A stretch of 54,174 nt of DNA from Nemertoderma westbladi (Eukaryota; Animalia; Xenacoelomorpha). The notes under the pieces are model-generated. The model made no database searches, had not been told where the DNA came from, and saw nothing but the letters and a program-made list of their open reading frames with translations. Location: the NCBI GenBank assembly GCA_032718475.1, contig JAUCBJ010002699.1, forward strand, positions 1-54,174, written 5' to 3'. Of this stretch, positions 37,701-48,300 are shown piece after piece. The first letter of the stretch is position 1, and each line of letters starts with the position of its first letter. Made by a program: the position numbers and the translations under genes.

Positions 37701-40700
37701 TGTTACATATTGAATATATTTTTGGTCTCAGACTTCTGTCGTTACTCCGTTATATATTGAATTTATTTTTGGTCTTTGACTGCTGTCGTTACTCTGTTAC
37801 ATATTGAATTGATTTTTGGTCTCAGACTGCTATCGTTCTCTGTTACATATTGAATTTATTTTTGGTCTTTGACTGCTGTCGTTACTCCGTTACATATTGA
37901 ATTTATATTTGGTCTCAGACTGCTGTCGTTCTCCGTTACATATTGAATTTATTTTTGGTCTCAGACTGCTATCGTTCTCCGTTACATATTGAATTTGTTT
38001 TTGGTCTCAGACTGCTGTCGTTCTCCGTTACATATTGAATTTATTTTTGGTCTCAGACTGCTATCGTTCTCTGTTACATATTGAATTTATTTTTGGTCTC
38101 AGACTGCTATCGTTCTCTGTTACATATTGAATTTATTTTTGGTCTCAGACTGCTGTCGTTACTCCGTTACATATTGAATTTATTTTTGGTCTCAGACTGC
38201 TATCGTTCTCCGTTACATATTGAATTTATTTTTGGTCTCAGACTGCTGTCGTTCTCTGTTACATATTGAATTTATTTTTGGTCTTTGACTGCTGTCGTTA
38301 CTCCGTTACATATTGAATTTATTTTTGGTCTCAGACTGCTATCGTTCTCCGTTACATATTGAATTTATTTTTGGTCTCAGACTGCTGTCGTTCTCCGTTA
38401 CATATTGAATTTATTTTTGGTCTCAGACTGCTGTCGTTCTCCGTTACATATTGAATTTATTTTTGGTCTCAGACTGCTGTCGTTCTCCGTTACATATTGA
38501 ATTTGTTTTTGGTCTCAGACTGCTGTCGTTCTCCATTACATATTGAATTTATTTTTGGTCTCAGACTGCTGTCGTTCTCCGTTACATATTGAATTTATTT
38601 TTGGTCTCAGACTGCTATCGTTCTCTGTTACATATTGAATTTATTTTTGGTCTCAGACTGCTGTCGTTCTCCGTTACATATTGAATTTATTTTTGGTCTC
38701 AGACTGCTGTCGTTCTCCGTTACATATTGAATTTATTTTTGGTCTCAGACTGCTATCGTTCTCTGTTACATATTGAATTTATTTTTGGTCTCAGACTGCT
38801 GTCGTTACTCCGTTACATATTGAATTTATTTTTGGTCTCAGACTGCTATCGTTCTCCGTTACATATTGAATTTATTTTTGGTCTCAGACTGCTGTCGTTC
38901 TCTGTTACATATTGAATTTATTTTTGGTCTTTGACTGCTGTCGTTACTCCGTTACATATTGAAATTATTTTTCGTCTCAGACTGCTGTCGTTCTCTGTTA
39001 CATATTGAATTTATTTTTGGCCTCAGACTGCTGTCGTTCTCCGTTACATATTGAATTTATTTTTGGTCTCAGACTGCTGTCGTTCTCCGTTACATATTGA
39101 ATTTATTTTACGTCTCAGACTGCTGTCGTTCTCCGTTACATATTGAATTTGTTTTTGGTCTCAGACTGCTGTCGTTCTCCGTTACATATTGAATTTATTT
39201 TTGGTCTCAGACTGCTGTCGTTCTCCGTTACATATTGAATTTATTTTTGGTCTCAGACTGCTGTCGTTCTCCGTTGCATATTGAATTTATTTTTGGTCTC
39301 AGACTGCTATCGTTCTCTGTTACATATTGAATTTATTTTTGGTCTCAGACTGCTGTCGTTACTCCGTTACATATTGAATTTATTTTTGGTCTCAGACTGC
39401 TATCGTTCTCCGTTACATATTGAATTTATTTTTGGTCTCAGACTGCTGTCGTTCTCTGTTACATATTTAATTTATTTTTGGTCTTTGACTGCTGTCGTTA
39501 CTCCGTTACATATTGAATTTATTTTTGGTCTCAGACTGCTGTCGTTCTCCGTTACATATTGAATTTATTTTTGGTCTCAGACTGCTGTCGTTCTCCGTTA
39601 CATATTGAATTTATTTTTGGTCTCAGACTGCTGTCATTCTCCGTTACATATTGAATTTATTTTTGGTCTCAGACTGCTGTCGTTCTCCGTTACATATTGA
39701 ATTTGTTTTTGGTCTCAGACTGCTGTCGTTCTCCGTTACATATTGAATTTATTTTTGGTCTCAGACTGCTGTCGTTACTCCGTTACATATTGAAGTTATT
39801 TTTGGTCTCAGACTGCTATCGTTCTCTGTTACATATTGAATTTATTTTTGGTCTCAGACTGCTGTCGTTCTCCGTTACATATTGAATTTGTTTTTGGTCT
39901 CAGACTGCTGTCGTTCTCCGTTACATATTGAATTTATTTTTGGTCTCAGACTGCTGTCGTTACTCCGTTACATATTGAAGTTATTTTTGGTCTCAGACTG
40001 CTATCGTTCTCTGTTACATATTGAATTTATTTTTGGTCTTTGACTGCTGTCGTTACTCCGTTACATATTGAATTTATTTTTGGTCTCAGACTGCTGTCGT
40101 TACTCCGTTACATATTGAATTTATTTTTGGTCTCAGACTGCTGTCGTTCTCCGTTACATATTGAATTTGTTTTTTGTCTCAGACTGCTGTCATTACTCCG
40201 TTACATATTGAATTTGTTTTTGGTCTCAGACTGCTGTCATTCTCCGTTACATATTGAATTTGTTTTTGGTCTCAGACTGCTGTCGTTACTCCGTTACATA
40301 TTGAAGTTATTTTTGGTCTCAGACTGCTATCGTTCTCTGTTACATATTGAATTTATTTTTGGTCTTTGACTGCTGTCGTTACTCCGTTACATATTTAATT
40401 TATTTTTGGTCTCAGACTGCTGTCGTTACTCCGTTACATATTGAATTTATTTTTGGTCTCAGACTGCTGTCGTTCTCCGTTACATATTGAATTTGTTTTT
40501 GGTCTCAGACTGCTGTCGTTCTCCGTTACATATTGAATTTATTTTTGGTCTCAGACTGCTATCGTTCTCTGTTACATATTGAATTTATTTTTGGTCTCAG
40601 ACTGCTATCGTTCTCTGTTACATATTGAATTTATTTTTGGTCTCAGACTGCTGTCGTTCTCCGTTACATATTGAATTTGTTTTTTGTCTCAGACTGCTGT

Positions 40701-41095
40701 CATTACTCCGTTACATATTGAATTTGTTTTTGGTCTCAGACTGCTGTCATTCTCCGTTACATATTGAATTTGTTTTTGGTCTCAGACTGCTGTCGTTACT
40801 CCGTTACATATTGAAGTTATTTTTGGTCTCAGACTGCTATCGTTCTCTGTTACATATTGAATTTATTTTTGGTCTTTGACTGCTGTCGTTACTCCGTTAC
40901 ATATTGAATTTATTTTTGGTCTCAGACTGCTGTCGTTACTCCGTTACATATTGAATTTATTTTTGGTCTCAGACTGCTGTCGTTCTCCGTTACATATTGA
41001 ATTTATTTTTGGTCTTTGACTGCTGTCGTTCTCCGTTACATATTGAATTTATTTTTGGTCTCAGACTGTTATCGTTAGTCAGTTACGTATTGATT
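16750..41095. repeat. Satellite DNA array, 46/47-bp monomer, roughly 525 copies
   Basis: Consensus ATTGAATTTATTTTTGGTCTCAGACTGCTGTCGTT(A)CTCCGTTACAT, head-to-tail with no interruption seen; the last copy is degenerate. Copy number estimated from length divided by ~46.3. Confidence 0.99.
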
Positions 41096-41925
41096 TTACA
41101 TGTTTGTTATAAATTTCATACTCATATAAAGAAAATAGATTTTCAATTGAGTTTTTAGAGCAGTCAGTCTAAAAAAAACCGAATGAACCTCATCCCCCTC
41201 TGTTCGGCTGCTCTCCTCGGTATATACTATGTATATTATATGGTGATGGCGTCGGTGAAATTCCTTTGGAACCAGGCCATTAATTTTGCAGAGTTTATGA
41301 TTAAACATAATAATAATAATATAATTAAATTTCCATAACTCTTATTAACTAGCCTGACTAGCCTCCATACCTTCCATTTTATATCAGGAATTCGGCTGAA
41401 AAAATCCGTTAGATGATGATAATGGGTAGCACCTGTAATGGAATGTTGGGCAGGTATTCAATTATAGATACGCCATGCATATGAGCAATAAAGTTACTAA
41501 ACAATAAATGGAGGTATCTCATTGCTATAAACCCCATCCGCTTAAGGGATATTTGGCTAGCCGGGAGGATCTGTCTCTTCATGATCCAGGAAAGATTCGA
41601 AGTCAGCGACTTTCTTTTTCCGACATTTCAAGGACACTGGACTTATAAGAAATCCTCCGAATTGGTGTAGGCTGAAAGGCAGCTTTGTTTATGGGTCTGA
41701 CGTCATTGGAACATAGTGCAGGGCCTGTCAATGCTCTCAAATATTTATTTTATATCGACACATGGCAGTGTACGAGAAGTTTATAACATTAGTTGGTATA
41801 AGATAGTTGCTTTCAGTACCATATATAGATACTACATCGTTTCGATGTTCATAACTTATTCATATCATATGGAGTGGAGATGGTGTACTAAAAGGACCAA
41901 CAATTATCGAGTTGAATTATACTAA

Positions 41926-42105
41926 TTTTTTTTTTTTTTTTTTTTTGAACCCAGAAAACGTTTATTGACAATAAAACCAAAAATCACCAAAAGGTAATAG
42001 AACATTGTTGCGCGGGTGTAGCCAACATGTATTTTACGGCGAAGAGTGGGTAGAAAAGTGGTAATACTGTATAAGAATCTATAAATAGCACCCCATGGGA
42101 TTTCT

Positions 42106-42143
<38 letters not shown>

Positions 42144-42563
42144 GAGAACAATTTCTTTATTTCAATTACAAATAAAATAAACATTAACAAACAAGCAGCA
42201 TAATGAATTAATTAATGTCAACAAATTGTAGGTAATTAATAATTATTGCTGAAACTATTTAATGCAATCCCAGCCTCGGCTACAGCCGCACTCACGCCGG
42301 TCTCCCGCATCGTCTGTCTCGTTGCCAGCCTAGCCTTCGGCTTCCGTGTGCCCCGGAGGCACATGATGGAGGAACGGAGGAGGGCGAAACTCAACCGAGT
42401 CCTGATGAGGGAGAGAGTCTGCGAGTAGGTAGCATGTGAGGAGCGCGTGGGCTGAGCGGCTGGCCCCACCAGTTCTAGCAATTACAAAAGGCGAGAAGCC
42501 GGCGTGCTCGATGTCATTGATTCTCTCCTCGTACTTCCTCCGTTTCTCTCGCTCATGTTTAAC
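41926..42563 (-). mobile_element. 5'-truncated CRE-like retrotransposon insertion with two poly(A) tracts
   Basis: EREKRRKYEERINDIEHAGFSPFV...IRTRLSFALLRSSIMCLRG; poly(T) at 42108-42138 and 41926-41946; TSD TGAATTATACTAA at 41913-41925 and 42564-42576. Confidence 0.9.
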
Positions 42564-42619
42564 TGAATTATACTAATTTGTATCTTGTTCCTGTAACGCA
42601 CCATGTGGTAATAATAATA

Positions 42620-42780
42620 TCTATATATATATAAATATTATGCGTTGTCTGTCTGTGAGTCTGTCCAAGCTATACGCTCCAACACACGAGCACCAATCTA
42701 AACAAATTGTGGAGGGGATGTGGGAGTGGGGGGGGGGGCGTGGGGGGGGGGGGGGGGGGGGTTAAGCCTAACCAACCAAA
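42620..42780 (+). mobile_element. Helitron-like 5' end with (GTCT)n and G-rich tract
   Basis: A|TCTATATATATATAAA...GTCTGTCTGT start typical of non-autonomous Helitrons; no 3' hairpin/CTAG found nearby. Confidence 0.55.
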
Positions 42781-45394
42781 CAAGACTATTGATAGGTTGC
42801 AATATATATTCCAGTGATTATTGATTGTTATATTTGAGTTAATTTGTTTTGAGTATTAATTTGTTTTTGTTTAAATTTACTTTACTACATATTAATTAAC
42901 TAGAATTGTATTTATAGATTCATTTGCTTTTATTACTTTATTTGGTGGTTGCGAAGCCTATGAACTTAGTTCATTTAATAGGTTTTTTTTTTATTTCTTT
43001 CCTAGGGATTTTTTTGATTTGCTTTGTTTAATGTCGTTACCCAACGAGTTCCAGAAGACAATAATGGCACCATTGTAGTTAAATATTTTTTGTGTCTGCG
43101 TTAGTCGGGTCCTTTTTACATAATAAATTTTACTTGTAGATGATCGTGTATTGTAAGAATGTATAGCAGATGTTTGTTTAAACAGTGATGTGATGAATGT
43201 TTGTTTTTTGCTGTTGTGTATTTGCCACATTAATTTAGCTGTTTCTAGTAGGTGTAGTTGTTCAATAGGAAGTATATTTAGTTGTCTGTAAAGTGAGCTG
43301 CGTGTTCACGGTAGTGACTGAGGGTAATCGCTCTCAACAATTTATTAATTTTAGTTCTAATGGGTTTAATGTGTGTGTTTGTGATGCAATACCCCAGATC
43401 ACTATACCATAGTTAATATATGGTTGTATTAGTGCACAGTACAGTAGTTTCAGTATGTGTAGCGGTAGAGTGTGGTGTAGTTTAAAGAATATTCCTGATG
43501 ATTTTGAGTTTTTTTTAACATAAATAAGCGCAGTGTGTTTTCCAAGATAATTTATCGTCTATCCAGATTCCTAAAAATTTGGTTTTACTTACGTTACTTA
43601 TAGGAAGGTCTCTTATTTTAATATTTTCATGTTCAGTGGCTTTTTTGTTTGTTATTAATAGATATTCTGTTTTTTTAAGATTAAGGGATAGTTGGTTGTC
43701 TGTCAGCCATTGATCAACTCTATTAAGTTCTACGTTTATGGTATCTGTAAGTATTTTAATATCAGTGTGGTTGTATAGTAAATGTCATGTTTTTCTAGAA
43801 TGTTTAATATCTTTTCAGTAACAGTAAGTATGGCGTCTGTAGTTGTCGAGTGTTTCCAGAATCCGTATTGGTTTGTAGAGAGAATTGAGTACTTTTCTAA
43901 ATAGGATATTAGTTTGAGAATTTACTTTAAGACTTTTTTTACTTTAAGACTTTTGACTTTAAGAATGGATGGGAACGTGCCATTTTTAATGGAAATATTA
44001 ATTAGATGTGTTAAGTGGGGAACGAGATCGTAGGCTGCAAGTTTTAGTAAAGATATAGGAAAGCTGTCGTTTGTTGAACTCGAGTTATTTAAGTCTAGTA
44101 TATTGTAAATAGTTTCTGCATGTGATGTCGGGATAAGTGAGAAGGAGTTTGGTTTTTTGTGATTTATGTAACGAGTAGTGTTTCTGTTTGAAGTTGGTAT
44201 GTTTTGTGCCAGTCGAGTTCCTACAGTATCAAAGTGATTGTTGAAGACACTGCAAATCTCCCTGGGGTCAGTAATCTCACTTTCATTTCCGATGTTGTCT
44301 ATTAAAATAATTTTTGTGGTGAATTTCTTGTATTTGATCTATTTAAGGCGGATTTTATTGTATCCCATGTTTTTCGCATATTATTTTTATTTTTTTCAAA
44401 TTCATTTGCATAGTATTTTTTTTCGGATAATTTTAGGAGTTTTGAGAATTGGTTTCTGTATTTTTTATTTTCTCTTTCTTTTTCTTCGGTTCTATTTTTT
44501 ATGAGTGATGCGTACATTCTGCTTTTATTTTGGACGACTTGGTAAGACTAATAGAGACATCCAGGGTTTTGTTTTGAATTTCGTTGTTTTTAATTTGCTT
44601 TTTAGGTAGATGTGTATTGGCTATTTTTTCAAAATTTTTGTAGAACTCATTGAATTTATTTTCATGGCTTATATTTTCATTCTTGTAAGTCCAAGATTCT
44701 TCTTTTCTTCTTTTTGTAAATCTTTTAGGAAATTGTCTTTGTTAAAAGTGGAGTTGTCGTATGTAAAACGTTTATCAGGAGGATTAAAAAAGCATGAGTC
44801 ATTTTGAATTGTAATGAAAGTAGCTAAATGATCGGTTGTACCTATTTCTGACAGAAAGACACCGGGGGTTATTATTTTGTCACGTATATTTGAAGAGATG
44901 TGGTCAATCAAGGTTTTAGAATGGGAAGTTATCCTAGTGGGGCCCTAATTTCTTGATCAAAGGAATTTCTAGAATTTGTAATTATTTAACAGAGCTATTT
45001 GATTTTATTAATAGGTCAATCTCCTGTTAGAATTACGTCTAAATTTTGGTTGGATAGAGTACTTATATAGAGTGTCGTTTAGATTTTCTAGAAAATCTGT
45101 TAGATCGCACGGACGATATATATTTCCGATAAGAATTGCTTTTGAAGTTTTTAGTTTTTTGGATCTTGAGATACTGACCCAGGAAGATTCACAGTGATTA
45201 ATTGTAATGTCTGTACGTACAGTAAAATCTAATCCGTTTTTAATGTATATCGCTGTCCCACCCCGGTCCCTTTTCCCGTACTGTCTGTGATTAGTAATTG
45301 GTGGTAGGTATCCGGGGATAGTTAAAGTAGAGAGGTCGCTGTCGTCTGTTAAGAAAGTTTCAGTGAAACACAATACATCAAACTGTTATTCTAA

Positions 45395-48300
45395 TATAAT
45401 AATAATAATAATATATTTTTATTTATCAGCGCCTATTCAAATTAATTAAAAAGTGCTCTAGGCGCACTAGCTAAAAATTAAAACCAGTAGTAAGTAATTA
45501 AAAGATCAGTTATATACACGGCTAAAATAATTGATAATTTAATTAATAACTTGAGACAACGCGTAAGCGTATTAAACCCGGGGGGTGGGTCAATATGACC
45601 CCTTAATAAAGATAGATAGCCTTACTAATAAAGATAGATAGATTTTTTACTTCAGATCTGGACTGGGATGATAATAATTTGCGGTACTTAAAAACGGATG
45701 GAAATAATTGATAATACATTTTAATAAATTCTATTCTTAGTTCTCTGTATGCGGGACAAATCAGTAAAAAATGAAGTTCATCCTCAATTTCTCCAGAGTT
45801 ACAGATTCGACACAATCTCTCGGAAGGCTCCTGTCGCTCCCACCGGCCTACCTCCACTTGCAACCTGTGGCTTGAGCACCTCAGGCGGGCTAGCGCCAGC
45901 TTTAAGGAGGGGAAACTTTTCAGAGAGTTCAAATACAGTTCTGTACCAAACCGATCTTTAATGTAGAGTCTCCCCTTAGGTGACCCGTTTATGTTTGCCC
46001 ACCAGGCCTGTACGAACTGGTCAGATAAAATCCGTTTGACTAATCCTAAAAAACTATTTCGATCCTCAACCTCTTGTACCTCCCAAGCCCAACTCAATCC
46101 TAACCCATTTAACGTGTCTCTGACCCTAGAGGCCCAATTCACAGTGGATCTACTTGCAGTTGCGTCTTTGTATAGTTCAAGATAAATTCGTTTACTTAAG
46201 CGATGGTTGGACAATGATAGAAGGCGAACCCAAAACTTCAGTATTATAAATTTCCTGTAAACAGCCAATGGAATTACACCTGACTCGCCGTATACCATAA
46301 AATTCGGTGTACTCGATTTCACACCAATTATGCGTTTAAGAAAAGATAGTTGGACTCGTTCAATCTCTCTCCCTGCGTGAAAACCCCAAACTTCTGCACC
46401 GTAGTTCAAAATTGGTATTATAAGAGTTGAGAATAGTTTTATACGAAGGTCAAATGAAATGTTCAAAAAATGGCTTAAGTACTTGTATAGAGAAAACAGA
46501 GCTTTATTGGCTTTCGATGCAAGGGACTTCTGTGCGACAAAGAAGCTTCCTGAGGAAGAGAACTCAACCCCTAAATAGGTATATGACGAGACAACCTTCA
46601 CAGGGCATCCCTTATATGTCCATCTGTCTAGTACTGCAGAGGTCCCACCGCGTCGGAAGATAATTATATTTGTTTTATCCAAGTTAACCTTAAGAGCCCA
46701 GTAGTCTGTATAGTGACCCAAAATATCAAGTGCACGTTGAAGACCTTCTCTGCTATTTGCTACTAGAACAGCATCGTCCGCGTACAGGAGAAGATATAAA
46801 CGGAAATAGGAAAAATCCAGACCAGGGAAACCTCCTCTTGCTAGTTCTAGTTCCAAATCATTTAAGAATAAAGCAAATAAAATAGGAGACAAACATTCTC
46901 CCTGCATAACGCCTAGCAGACAGTCAAAACTATCCGAAATCTCCCCATCCCACCGTACACTAGCCTTTACTGACTTGTACATGTCCCTAATAATATCGAA
47001 TATTTTGCCCTTAAATCCAAGTGAGCTGAGTTTGATCCACAGTGCGTTGCGATCTACTGAATCGAAAGCCTTCTTGAAATCCACAAAGGCTGTGTATAAT
47101 TTATTGTGACCGTGTTTTCCAGATGTGAAATATTCAACTAGACCATGAAGAACAAAAATGTGATCAGAGGTGGAATATCCTGGACGGAAACCCGCCTGCG
47201 ACTCAATAATAATACCAAGACCTTCTGACCACCATAACAAGCGTGTGTTCAATATGGTTGTAAACAGTTTACCAAGAGTACTAAGCAACGATATACCGCG
47301 GTAATTGTTTGTATCTAAGCTGCTGCCTTTCTTTTTATAAATTGGGGTGACCAATGCAGTTGTCCAAGCACGCGGGAAGTGTCCAGAATACAATACAGCA
47401 TTAAAAAGAGTATGGATTGTAGGGAATAGAGCTTCCTTGGCCTCAATGAAAAACTCGGATAAGAGAAGATCTACACCGGGAGCTTTGTTGCGTTTCAATT
47501 TACTAACTGCGGAAATGAGTTCGTCTAGGGAAATTGGTTGTGACGCTTCGCCTTCAAGGATGGATCTACTGAACTGAAGATCAATTTCAGGATCGGGTTC
47601 GATGCCCATATCCTGAAAAGTGGATGACGTGTTGATTAAACTACGAAAGTGGGTCTCAAAATCCTTGAGTGTAAGTTTATTAGTACTGCCTGCAGAACTA
47701 GGATTTCCAGACGCCTTAGCTAACAGTTTCCAGAATTTTTTAGATTCTGAACATCTCAAGGATTCCAACTTATTAGACTGATCCAGCCGGAATTGTGCCT
47801 TAGATTGACGCAATGTTCTATGATAGATACTACGAGATTTTGATAGGATTGTAAACGATTCAGGCGATTTACTGGTACGCCAATGATTAAGGGCTCTACG
47901 AAAATCGTGCAGTCGTTCACGACACTCGTCATTATACCAAGGTGCATCGATAGTATGCATACTGCTATTGTTGTTACCTCTAACCTTAAAATACTTAGTT
48001 GCGGTATCTGTGATGCAGTCACACAACAGTTGGGTCGTTTGGTAAGCAGAACGAAGATCTCGTGCCGGTTGGTAAACTGAAACCATAGGATAGATATATA
48101 GATAGATAGATCTGATAGGTAGTTAGGAGCTGTCCCATTCATGCATTTATATGTAATAACAGCAATCTTATAATCGATTCGCCGAATAACGGGGAGCCAG
48201 TGAAGGTCTCGTAGTATGGGGGAAATATGATCATACTTCCTAACTCCACAAAGTAATCGCGCTGCACAATTCTGTACTTACTGCAGCCTCATAATTAGAT

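Noticed and set aside
16750-41095. CRISPR-like array, or the many MNLFLVSDC... ORFs
   Set aside because: No unique spacers or cas genes; monomers are head-to-tail. The ORFs arise where alternating 46- and 47-bp units (93 bp) skip stop codons.
42711-42761. G-quadruplex-forming tract
   Set aside because: Mostly poly(G) within a Helitron-like fragment; homopolymer length is error-prone and no function is indicated.
45588-45600. GGTCAnnnTGACC estrogen-response-element match
   Set aside because: Sits in a TE junction with no nearby gene; better explained as a transposon palindrome.
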